Positions 23,673 to 35,942 of a stretch of 64,000 nucleotides of DNA are shown in pieces. The notes below the pieces were generated by a model. That model did not search any database. It had not been told where the DNA came from and saw only the letters and a list, made by a program, of their open reading frames with translations. The translations under genes and the position numbers were made by a program. The DNA is from Geosiphon pyriformis uo1. Taxonomy: Eukaryota; Fungi; Glomeromycota. How positions within the stretch are numbered: position 1 is the stretch's first letter; each line of letters begins with the position of its first letter. Location: contig JAAOMT010000349.1 in the NCBI GenBank assembly GCA_016748015.1, positions 126,812 through 190,811 on the forward strand, given 5' to 3'.

Positions 23673-24247
23673 TTTTTTTTAATGAGTGAGGTCCAAACAC
23701 GACCTAGTGTTATACATCATACAAATAATCTAAACTAGGTGCGAATTATGTGCTTTCTACACATGACCAGCCACTCATACCTATATGTACAGAAACCAAA
23801 TCTCCAATACCTAAAAAAAATGGACAAAACTTACGAAATCCGAAACCAACTCCAAAAGCCTCAGCCACTCCCAGCAATCTAACCACACCAGCTGAAAACA
23901 CCATAGGCAAACCAGAAACAAAAGCAGGAGTAGAGCCATCATGTAGAATCAAACCGTGCTTTTCCATAAATGCTCAGTGTCTGGCATGGACCAACTAAAT
24001 ATCATCTCAAAATGCAAAACAGAACTCATGCACAAAGCTCACAATCTTTTTAGTACCCTCCTTAGAATTTTTAAAAACCAAGACCAATTCACAAAACCAT
24101 TCATCGAAGACAAAGCCCTTATACAGAGCAACACCAACTCCAATTTCAGAAACACAAGAAGCCAAGACCTGTAAAACACATGAAGAATAGCGAGACAGAC
24201 CAGAAAGAGCTTCCCAAGTTGAAGCATGAGTGCCCAACAAATGAGCT
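23673..24247 (-). mobile_element. 5'-truncated LINE copy C (ORF2 C-terminus, 3'UTR, poly(A))
   Basis: ORFs 24007-24264 and 23746-23967 (LYKGFVFDEWF, MEKHGLI, GVVRLLG, VSVHIG); 3'UTR 23681-23777; T-run 23673-23680. Confidence 0.88.
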
Positions 24248-24249
24248 AT

Positions 24250-24800
24250 ATATAAAAAAAGCAATTATCAAATACAAAATAATAAAAAATATTAATTTAG
24301 ATATTTAAGCACTTTTTATATATTAAAAAACATTATTTTAATTTAATAATATAAATTAAATATTTAAAATCAATATTTTTTAATTAACAAATTTATTAAA
24401 ATAATTTTTTATTAATTAAAATTAAAGTTAAAAATATTAATTATTAATAAAATTTTAAAATCTTTATTTTTTTAACTTTTTTTTAATTCTATATTTTTTA
24501 AAATTTATAGTGTTTTATTATTCAAATATATATACTAATATTAAAAATTTTATTATTGTAAATATAAAAACAGATTTTAAAAGACAAATTTATTATTTAT
24601 TTAAATATTTATATTTTTAAAACAATAAATTTATATTTTAATAGCATATATATTTTTAATTATTTAAAGTTTTATTTAATATTTTAATATTTTTAAATAT
24701 TTTTAAAAATAACAAAAATTTTTTAAAATTAATAATAAAATATAATTTTTAAAAAACAAATTATAAATAATAATATAAATTAAAATAAAATTTAAAAAAC
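24250..24800 (-). mobile_element. Very old, AT-eroded LINE ORF1 remnant
   Basis: aatataaaaacagatttt (24561) matches gtatgaaaagcagactcc (3166), and ttttatatattaa matches ttttcgcatacaa (2963) in LINE A ORF1. Confidence 0.5.
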
Positions 24801-24996
24801 TAAAATTTTAAAAGTTTAATAACTTTTTATTATTTAATATATAAAAAAAACAAAAAAAAACTTCTTTCTCTTGTTTATCTCAAATTCTCAGAAAGAGTCA
24901 AAAGTTTTTTTAAAAGAAGTTTTTTTCATCATTCAGTACAATAAAACCAAACTGTTTTTTGATTTCAAGGCTACTGTTGGCCCTAGTATTGTTATC

Positions 24997-26787
24997 ATGA
25001 AGAAGATTGCTGAAAAGTCTGGTTTTGGTGGTGGTTTTAAGTCTGTTTTGTCAAGAAAGAAGAGAAAAAGTGTTGCTTTAGAAGAAAGTATTGGTGACAA
25101 AGAAGTTCCTACTAAGGTGTCTAGTGGTCGTTCTTGGAGTTCTAAGACTGATGACACTACAGAATCTGAGAGTATCAATATAGAAGAAGAGTGTTTAGTG
25201 GAAGAAACTAGCTTTAACTATGGTGAGAGTGGCACTATCACTAATGGGAAGCATAATCAAACCCCTAAAGGACCAGGCATCAAAACTAAAAAGGCTTTGG
25301 GCAAGCCATTAGGAAAGATAAACTTCTCAAATCTTGGTATTGATAATGATGTTCTCTTGGATGCCCCCTTAGAACTTCCTCCTCTCTTGAAGAATTTGGT
25401 TCCTGTCTCTGTTAGAAAATTTTTTGCTCTAAATATCAGATTGGATAAAGTGGTTGGAAAATTCTTTTAAGAGAAGCTCATAGTAGTTAGAAGATTGTTT
25501 TTAAAAGTCAATGGTTTTGGAGGGGCTTCTACCCCCTCAAAATTTTCTGGAATCATCTATGCTTTATTCATTTCTGAAGTTAGCTTGGTGCAGGCTACAG
25601 AAAAGGCAAGAACAGCAAACATTTTAGTAAACGCTGATCTCAAGAAATCTATTGGTTGTTCAGATTGAACTGTGGTAATAAAAAAAATTCCAGTTGGTAT
25701 ATTGGCTGAGGCTGTGTATATTACACTATCCGAATTTGGAATAATTAAGTCAATCAAGATGCAATTGGTGGGGCTGTGGCAAAAAGCTGTGGTAAAATTT
25801 GAGCAATCAGATCAGGCTAATTTGGTTGCAACTGAGTGGTCTATCTTGATCAGGAAAGATGCCGTGCATGTTGTCAGGGCTGATCTAGACAAAAAATCGT
25901 GAGATAAGAGGGATTATCATAGAGCACTGTTCTATACATTGCCAATGGAAACTAATGCTCATGATATTTAGGATTTTGTTTGATCTGTGGGTGGAAAAAC
26001 TTGTATTATTGATTGCCATCCAGTTACATATGTTCAGGTCAGATGTGCTGTTGTTTGCTTCAATTTTGTTGAGTCTTTGAATGCTGCCATAAAAACTACA
26101 CCAGTGCTTAGAGGCACTAATTTACATTGGTCTAGTCTTGTTTCTGCCAGATGTGCTAAGTGTGAGAAGTTAGGTTATACATTATTGAACTGTGCTGAGA
26201 GTAAGAAAATTTCTTCTGGTAGTTCATTCCATAGAGTGTTTTTGGATGCAGATAAAAGCAGGCTGGCTGCAATATATGTCAAATGATCTGCCCCAGTTGC
26301 TTATTCTGTTTTTTTTGGTGGCCTTTCTTGGGTGAAAGTTGCAAGTGGGTTTTCTTTTTCTCCTCTTTCTGGCCGAGTTGTTTTGGTAAATGTTGGCTCC
26401 TCTTCAAAGATGAAGCCATCCTTATTGGTTGCGACAGAAATCAATAATAGGTTTGTCACTCTTGAGTACAGTTTCACCAGTCTTGCAGAGCATGTTGACA
26501 TGCTGACTAAGAAGTTGGAAACACTTGAGCCAATGGCTTCTCAGCTTAGCTCTAGATGTTAGCTGTTGGTGACTCTTTCATCACAGAATCAAGGAACAGA
26601 TATAGTGATGAGTGAAAGTTTGGGTGTGGCTGCTGGTGGTAAAACTGTTGCAGGGACAGTGGTTTTTGATTCTTCTGTTGTCAGAAAAATAGAAAATACT
26701 TTGAAAAATCTTGCAATTACAGTTATGGGCTTTTTGGCCAAAATAGACAATGCTGGTTTGGTTCCTGCTGTTTCCTTCTCTTAATGA
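24997..26787 (+). pseudogene. LINE E ORF1 (~596 codons), nonsense-disrupted
   Basis: Five ORF-track pieces in one frame; knuckle CAKCEKLGYTLLNC. Confidence 0.88.
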
Positions 26788-29700
26788 CAAATTTAATCTG
26801 GAAAGTTGCTATATGCAATGTTAGAAGCATAAACAATTCTGCGAAACAAGATGATATTGTGCATTGGCATAAGGACATGGACAATCTAATTTCAATTTTT
26901 ATAGAAACTAAGCTAAAAGGGAAAATACACTCTTGGATTGTTAAAAAATTTGAAGGCATCTGCATGTTTACTTTTGGGTTGAATACTGGTTACTTGGGGT
27001 CAGGTGTTGTTGTGATCATAAATAATTCTTTGGCTAAGCATGTGTATAAGATTTTTGAGGTATCTGGTTGGCTTATCTTTATCAAGCTGCTTTTTAAAAA
27101 TAAGCTTTCTGTCTCAATTTTGGGGCTTTATGCTGGTGTATCTCTCATGGTCCATCTTTCTCAGACTGATAAAATCAATTTACTCATGGCTAGAGCTGTG
27201 AATGAATCTTTTTTTGTCATTTTTGGTGGTGATTTTAACAAAAATGGTTCTCATAGATGTGTCAGCTTTAAAAAATGTCTTGATCTGAGGTTAGTTGATT
27301 CTTTGGTTGAGAGTTTGGCAGTGCAAACACCTACTTGGTTGAATTTTTATGAAGTTATGAAAGTGATTGATTATGTGCTTGTTTTTGCAAATTTGGTTGA
27401 TGCATTAGTGTATTACAGTGTTTTGGAGGTTGGTGAACATTTTAACACTGACCATCAGGCTGTGTTTGTGTCTGTGGGTTTGGGTGGATTATTGAATGCA
27501 CAGTTGAACTTTCTTTGCAAAAAGGCAAATATAGATTATTAGAAGTATGATATCAAAAGTGCTGATGATGTTAAGTGGTGTGAATTCAGAGTGTCGATGA
27601 CAGCAAATACCACTATGTTTTCTGAAAAGTTTGTTTCCTCTGTGGTATTTTCTGATCTGGATTTTATGTGAGAAATTGTTTATAAGGTAATAGTTTTTTT
27701 GGCTAATGATTCATTTAAGAAAAAATGGTTTAAGGGCTTTAATAGCATCTTTACCAAGAGCTCCTCTAGGTTTTACAGATTAGAAATTTTGGTTTTGAGA
27801 ATAGTTAAAGCATTCTGTGGACAGGATTCTATAAGGTTTGCATCTTTGATGAGCTATTGAGCCTCTTTGGATTCTGACAAAGCCTTGGCAGTGCAGGTTT
27901 TTTTGGACTCTGGTGTGAATTTGGATTGTGTAAGATCTGCTCTCTTTGGTGTGTGTAAGTCTTATTATGCTTCCAAACTTGTCGAATTTTTGAGAGCTCA
28001 GGAGTCAAGTATTAGATCTGCTATTAATAGGCATATAGAGAACTTTGCTTTTGATAAAGGTCACACTATTAGGAGTGTTTTAGAATGTTCTTTTCATAAG
28101 GTAGAATTGGACTATCTGGTTGTTGGTGATGAATTGATTCTAGAGTTTGAGTTAGTCAAAGCTAAAGTAAATGTGATTATGGAAAGGTAGACTAAGAAAC
28201 ACAAAGTGGTTTCTAATATTTCTAGTGAATGGTCTCATCAATACCAGCCTTTGGAGTATGTCTTTAATGGTGTATTCTCGGATGTGATGTGACTAATTGA
28301 TTTTAATGAGTTGTTTGGTGTGGTTTCTGATCTGCCTGATGGCAAAGCTGCTGGTCTTTCTAATATCCCCAATGAACTTTGGAAACACTGTAACAAATCT
28401 GTTATGAATATGTTTTTAGAACTTTTGAACACTTGTTTGATTAGTGAGTCAATGCCCAGTTTTTGGAGGGAGGCTTGGGTTTCAATAATCCCTAAACCAT
28501 ATGAATGGGAGGGCATTCTTATGAACACCCATCCTATTGCTCTGATTGAAACAGCCCATAAAATTCTCTCCATGATCCTGTCTTATAGGATTTCCCTGGC
28601 ATGTAACAGCTTTAATGTTCTTTGTGGTGACAACTTTTCTGTTCTGAAGAGTATTTCTACACAATCACCTATTTTTGCAGTTGGCTTGGTAATAGAGGAT
28701 GCTCTGGAAAAGAACCACAAACACTGGCTTGTTCTGCAGAATATGCGAAAAGCATATTATTCTGTTGGTTGGGAGCATCTTAAAAAGAGTTTGATTAAGA
28801 TTAAAATGTGTAGCAAGTTTATATGTTTTTTTGGTAGTATTCATTACAATCATGTCAAGAAAATTATAACTGATTTCAGCTTAACTGATGGATATCATGT
28901 TTATGATGGCTTAAATTAGGGGGAGGTTTTCTCACCACTTCTCTGGTACATATTCTATAATCCTCTCCTTTGTGAGATTAAGAGACAGGAAAGTATGTAT
29001 GGTTACAGGTTGAATTCTTATTTTATTTCAAAAAATGGTCATCCAGAACTTGTTGCTAGGTTGTCTTCCTTCTTTGCTGCTGGGGCTTTCGTCAATGATA
29101 CAATTTGGGTTGATAGCAATCAGAGTGCTACTCAGCATATTCTCAATGTTGCCAGTAAATTTTTCTGGATCAATAACATTTCTATTAACACAGACAAAAC
29201 TGTTGTCATCCCTATTAATTGCAAAGTTGGTAGTTTTTCTTTAGTTATTAGTAGCTCACCTATTGTTATTGTGAAAAAAAGAGAATCTCATCATTATCTG
29301 GACATCTTTCTTTCAACTGAGGGTTTTTCGAAGCCTAGCTTGGCCAAAGCACAGTCAAATGTTTGGTTCTTCTCTAATCTTGTGCTAAGAAAGGCCATCT
29401 CAGATAAACAATTTTTGTACTTAGTTTCGGCTGTTTTTCATCCTATTGTGAGCTATAAAACTCAGTTTAGCTTCATACCTTTTGATATGTGCAACAAATG
29501 GGATACTTTGATTCAAAAAAGTGTTAAACTAAAATCAGGTTTTCCTTTTGATTTCCCAAATAATTCAATCTATTACCCTTCCTTTTATGGTTTGAAGTCT
29601 TTTGAGTAGATGCAATTTGAAGGCAAAATAGCATTGTTTGTGAATTTTGCAAACTCTGGTGGGACTTTGGGTCATATGTTCTCTCATAGGTCTTATGACT

Positions 29701-31474
29701 TGCAAGTTTTGTGTTGGCATCTCATTCACCTTCTGAGTTCTTCAATGCATATTTATGTCAGTCTTTTGAATAATTTTTTAGCTGGTGTAGTCCATGTTTT
29801 TGCAAAAAATAATCTGTCTCTGAGTGGTCCTTTGGGTGTTCTTTTTTATCATTAGTATAAGGTCTTTATGTCAGTGGTTCTTGAAGAAGCTAAGTTCTGT
29901 GTGCATCTCTCTTCTCTACATCAGTATAGTGTTGCCTTTGTGAATCAGCTCTGTGATTGTCATGGTGCCATTTTTAATTGGAAAACTTTTAAGCACTGGA
30001 AGAGATTAAATTCTCATGGTCCAGTTCCTGAGTAGTTTAGTCTTTCTGTCACCTTCCTCAGTGATGCAGCTTCTTTTTCTGTTGGTCTTTTTATTCTCAG
30101 GAGTGTTAATGCTCTTCTGAGTATTCTGAAGTCTCAGGAATTTAGATTGATATGTGATTATTTGTTTCATGTTAGTGCTGATAATCTGTTAGTCTATACT
30201 GATAGTTTTTTGAAGGATTTGGGCACCATACAGAGGAAGGCTGGTGCTGCTGTCTTTTTTGAAAACATTGGTCTGAGTTTGGGCATAAGAGTCACTAGTT
30301 TGTTGTCTTCTACTTTAACAGAACTGCAGATCATAGCTCTGACATTGGAATGTGTTCCTCCTCTTAGCTCAGTATACTTATACTCTGATAGTCAGGCTGC
30401 TTTGGATGCATGCAAATTAGAACTATATCTGATTTGTCCAGATTTTCAAGTTTGGTGTTGGGTGAAGCATCAGCATATTGTGAACATTATTTGTAGCAAA
30501 AATTTGAGGATGAAGTGAGTTAAGATAAAAGGTCACTTAAGTATCATAGGGAATGATCATGTAGATGCACTCACTGCTGTTGCCTCCAGCTTTAATTGGC
30601 ATCTTCCCCCCATTTGAAAAAGCATTGCCTTTTAGCTGATGGTGAGCTCATTTCTGGTAATTCTAGGCATTTTGTCTGGGATATATTTTATTTAATTCAT
30701 TGTGTGCATTGGGAAATTGATTCTGGCTTCAAGTTTTTGGCAGGTGATTTGATATCAGACATTGATTGGTTAAATTCTTTCTTGGTTTAGCATCCTAATT
30801 TGCATATGGCTGCAGGCTTTACAAGCAGACTCTCTGCTAGCTTGCATACATATTTTATGAAGGCTTTACATCATCACCTGCCTGTTGCTGTTTGGAAGCG
30901 ACTTTACTTTAGACATTATTCTAGTGTGTTATATTTGTTCTGTGGTGAAGTTGAGATTTCTGACCATGTTTTTTCTTGTGGTGTTAATCTCTCTACCCAC
31001 TGTCAGTTGTTGGATGCCTATGCAGCTTCTTGGGAGCTGATTTCTGGTCTCTTTCATTTCTCTTCTTATGTGTCTCAGCTTCTGTTGTTTTGTGCTTCTG
31101 ATATTTCTGTGTCTACAGCCTTTTTCAAAGGTTTTGTTTTCAATAATTGGTTTCAGGAGGCTGTGTCTGTCTTTTATGATCTCAAGCTCACAAGTCGGAG
31201 GATTGTAAACTTTGTGTGCACTCTTAGTCTTAGTTTCAAGAATAGCATATAGTCAGTCTGCATCAAACATTGAGTCTTTATGAAAAGAAATAGGTTAATT
31301 TCACCTGATGGTTTAATTTCTGTTTCAATTTTTGGACTGTCATCAGAGTTGTCTGCTGGTATTGTTAGGTTGCTTGGAATTGCTGACACTTTTGGTGTTT
31401 GCTTTGGTTTTCATAAGTTATGTTCATTCTTTTCTGGTATTGGTAATGATGTTTCAGTTCATATAGTTGCTTAG
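26784..31474 (+). pseudogene. LINE E ORF2 (APE-RT-RNase H-CCHC), nonsense-disrupted, one frameshift near 30600
   Basis: KVAICNVRS, ETKL, GGDFN, VIDY, NTDH; KAYYSVGW, GEVFSPLLW, GAFVNDTIW; VYTDS, TELQ, YSDSQ, KIKGH..GNDHVDAL; FCGEVEISDHVFSC. Confidence 0.92.
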
Positions 31475-31639
31475 TAGTGTCTTGATCAGTCTGAATGGCT
31501 GGTTATATGTAGAAAAAGCCTAATTTGCATTTAGTTTAAATCATTTATATGATGTATTATATTAGGTAGCAATTGGACTTCATTCGTAAAATGTTAATAA
31601 AAAAAAATATATATAATATAATATTAAAACAAAAAATAA

Positions 31640-33880
31640 GAAAATTGTATTACTTTTATCTTTTTTATTACTTAAAATAATTAAAACTTTTTTTATTAGT
31701 AAAGCTTCAATAGTTGTAAAAACTGTTTGTTAATATTTTGTAAAAGTAATTTTTTTAAATAAAGTTGTAATTAAACAGTTTTTTGCTGTTTTAAAAGTAT
31801 TATTTTTGTCTTTAATTAAAAGTTTGTTCTTTTTTAAAGTTTTTTAAAGTAAACTATTTAAAATAGTTTTGGTATAATTTTTGTTTTTTCTAAAAATTTT
31901 AGAGTTTTTAATAAAAAACTAGTACATAATTACTTTTTTCTTCTATTTTTTTTACTATTGTTTAAAAATTCAAAAAAACCAAAATAGCCAAAAAAAAAAT
32001 TTTTATATCTTTGTTATTTATAACAACAATTTTTTTAAAATATTAAAAAGTTTTTTTTCTATAGTTTTTAATATTTTTAATGTTTAAAGTCTGTTTTTTT
32101 TGGTGAAAAATAAAGTTTTAACTTTTTTGTTTTTTTTTGGTTTTTTTATTAATCTGGTATTATCTGTATTAATTATAGTATTTAACTTTATTGTAATTAT
32201 AAAAAAAAATTTTTTTTGTTTTAAATAATAATAATAAAAACACATTGGCCAATTTTGGTTAAAATTAATTTTTAGTTAAAATTTTAATTTTTGGCCAATT
32301 TTTACTAATTTTAATATTAAAACATAATATATTTTTAAATATATTTTTATTTAATTAATTTTTTAAGTTACTTAATCTTAAAAATTAGGTTAATTAAATA
32401 AAAGCCAAAATTCTTTGTTTTTTTTTGTTTTTTGGTATTGTCTTTAATAATGTTTAAAAAATATTTAATAATTATCAAAAGTTTATTAAATAAGTAGTTA
32501 TAATTTGGATATTTAGTACTTAATATTTTTTTTAAAAGCAAATTAATTATTAAAACTGTTTTTTAGTCTACTTTTAAAATTGTAAAATTTTTTATTATAC
32601 TTTGTAATATTTTTTTAAACATATTTTTTAATAATATTAAAAATATTTTTGGTATTTTTAATATTATTATTTTGATTAAATTAAAGCTTTTTGGTTTGTA
32701 ATAATATACTATTATTTTTTTTAAAAACTTTTTTTCTGCTATTATTGTTTTTATTTACTAATATATATTAATAAAAAAACAATATTAAAATTTTTTTTTA
32801 TTTAATTAAAAAAAAGTTATTACTTAAAAAACTACTTTTAATATCAAGCTATTTAATCTTTTTTCTGATAATATTGTCTTTAAAATCAATAATTTAATTT
32901 TACAAATTAATAAATATACTTGTTTTATTTTTATTTCTCTGATTTTTATTATTGTTAATGTTTTATTATTATAATATTTAATTCTTATAAGTTTTTAAAT
33001 ATAGTTATTATAAAAACTAATACTTTATATAAATATTATATCTGTTAAAAATTTTTGAATATTATTATTATTATTATTATAAATATTAAAATTTAAATTA
33101 TTTATTTATAGATTATAAAATATTATTACAAGATATTATTATTATTTTTTTTTAAATTATCAGTTAAATTTATTGTTAACTTTAAGTTTTTGTATTATTT
33201 TTTATTGATTAAAAGTTTTATGCTAAAATTTTCGTTTTTTTGGCTTTTTTTTGTTGTTTTTTTGGCTATTTTTGTTGTTGTTTTTTAGATTTAATTTTTT
33301 GAAATCTTAAATTTTTGGTGTGACTAATTTAATCAAGTTTATTGTTGTTTTAATTAGATCTTTAATAATTTTGATAATATCTTTGTTAAATATTTTTTTG
33401 TATTATATATTAAATTTAAAAGTACAATTAGTGCTATTTAAAATTAAGTATTTGTTTTTAGTAGAGTTTTAAACAAAATTAATTATAAAATAATTATAAT
33501 CAAAATTAAATATTGTATTAGTTTAGATCTAATAGATAATAATAATAATAATAAATTTAATAATGTGTTAAATAAAAATACTTATACTTATTTGATGGTT
33601 TTTTAAAAGTATTAATCTTTTAAGATTAATTAAAATTCAAATAAACTGCTAAGTAATTAAGTAATATTGTTATAAATAATAATTTTTTGATTATTATTAT
33701 GTATAAAACATTTGTTTAAAATAGATTTTTACTTATAAATTCAATATAATTTAGTCTAGATTAAATTTATGTCTAATTATATATAAAAAAATACAAATTA
33801 TATTTAATTTGTATTAATTAGTTTAATATAATAACTTAAATTATAATTAAGTTATATATTAAATATAATTAAAAAAAATA
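31640..33880 (+). mobile_element. Old, internally deleted, AT-eroded LINE remnant F
   Basis: Patchy transition-only similarity to ORF2 post-RT, RNase H and CCHC regions (e.g. 32985-33045) and to the 3'UTR (~33750-33850). Boundaries approximate. Confidence 0.55.
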
Positions 33881-35057
33881 TAATCTTAATAAATATAATA
33901 AGTTTTTTTTAATATATAAATATATATATATATATATATTATAAAACTTGATAAAAAATTTATTAATTTAAATAATATTATTAATATTATTATTGATTTA
34001 TTATAAAAAAAAGAAAAAATACTTTTTTTTATATATTCAAAAATTTTTAAAATGCTAATTTTAATAAAGAAGTTTTATTTTTATTTTTTTTGTTGTTTTA
34101 TTTTTACAATTTTACAAATTAAAAATTCTTTTATTATTGCTTTAGTAATTACTACTAATAGTTTTATAACCAAAAAAAAATTAATTAAAGATATTATTTT
34201 AAATTCTATTAATAATAATTTAATACAGAAACTAAAAATATTTATTAGCAAAATAAAGTATTTAAGTAATAAAACAGATTTGGAATTTAAATTACTTATA
34301 TAAAATATTGGTTAGTTTAATAATATAAATACAAACTTAAATAATACTAATAAGAGTTTTTTAATTTTTAATATTAAATATAATATTGTTAATAAAAATA
34401 AAATTTTTTTGGACTTTTATACTAAAACTCTTAAAATTAAATAGATTAATACTAACAAGCTAACAATTTTTTTCTTAGCTTTTGTAATTTTAATATTAAC
34501 AATAATAATTTGTTTTTTTTTCTTAATATTTTTTTGATAAAAAAATAAATAAATTCCAAAATTGTGAAGATTTAATTTAAAATATCTGTTAAAAAATTAT
34601 TTGTTTTAAATATTAATTTTTTAATAATTAAAAACAAATTAACTATGGTTAAAATACAAATAATTAAAAAAAGATTTTTAAAAGTAAATGGTTTTGGAAA
34701 GGTTATTACTTTTTTAAAGTTTAAAAAAATTATTAAATTTATGTTTATATTTAAAAATAATATAAAGCAAACTATATTATTAGCTAAAAAAACAATATTC
34801 AAGTTAATAATATTAAAAAACAAAAAATTTACTCAAATTAAACTATAATAATTAAAAAATTATTTCAGTTTTATTTAAATATAGTCAGACAATATTAATC
34901 AAATTGCAACTTATTAAGTTGTAACAAAAAACTGTAATAAAATTTGTTAAATTAGATTAAATCAATATTTTGACATTAAAATAGTCTGTTTTAATCAGAA
35001 AAAATTGGCCAAGACTATTAAAAATTAATTTAAAATATAGTTTATAATCTTACTTGT

Positions 35058-35942
35058 TGTTATAAATAATTATTTAAGATGTTGAACTAAATAATAAATT
35101 CAAATTTTGATGCTCAATAGCTAATTATAATATTAATAGTAATTTCTAAAAATTTTTAAATTTCAGATTTTAATTAAGTTTTTTGTATAATAAACAAAGA
35201 TTTACTTAGTAGTTATTTTCCCAAATTTTTTTTTTAGTGTGAAAACCAGTTTATTTTAATAGTTATATCCTTTTGATAAGTTATCTTTAAATTTTTATCT
35301 TTATTTTATAGATTTTTTACCAGATTATTTTTGATATTAATATTTTAGTGCTTAATTCTTTAATCAATTAGTAAACAATAATAAAAACAAATAAAAAAAT
35401 TAGTATTCTGTTAATAACTATAATTAAAAGCTATTGTTTCAATATAATTAAATATTAAATTCTATTAATATAAATTATTAATAGTATAAAAATAATAAAT
35501 ATCTTTTAATCAATTAATAATAACATAAATTTAGATAATAAATAAGTATTTTATTAATATAAATATAATTTTGCTTTAAAATATAGAAAACTATATTTTA
35601 AAAGAAAAATATTTTATAACTACTTGTTTCTAAAAACTTGTTTATAGAAACTTGTCTTTTTTTATTTTTAATATTTTTACTATATATATATAATTATTAT
35701 TATATAAGATCTTATATATTTTTATTTTTTTTTATACTACTTTTTAAACAATATCCTTTTTTTTAAACAATATGTTATGATTTTTTAAAAATATGCTTAT
35801 TTTTTAAGAATGTACATATTTTTAAAAAATGTGTTATAATTTCTTAAAAATATGCTTATTTATTAAATACTATTTTTTTATTAATCTATTTTTACAATTT
35901 GTTTTTTTATTTCTTTCTTATATTCTTTTTTTATGAGTAATA
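35058..35942 (-). repeat. 3' LTR of Gypsy B
   Basis: Direct repeat of 52691-53525; TGTTAT...GTAATA termini; adjacent PPT. Confidence 0.88.

Larger units (their letters stand above)
24845..31607 (+). mobile_element. Full-length LINE copy E
   Basis: Conserved 5'UTR, ORF1 24997-26787, ORF2 26784-31474, conserved 3'UTR, and AATAAA/poly(A) at ~31596-31607. Confidence 0.94.

Noticed and set aside
24240-24800. Abrupt GC drop as gene conversion within one LINE
   Set aside because: The AT-rich side matches ORF1, not the ORF2 continuation, so it is a young truncated copy next to an older remnant.
381-31389. Many antisense or alternate-frame ORFs in the track (e.g. 576-941 +, 7696-7965 +, 21071-21340 +, 28238-28573 -) as genes
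   Set aside because: They are shadows of LINE or Gypsy coding strands with no recognisable motifs.
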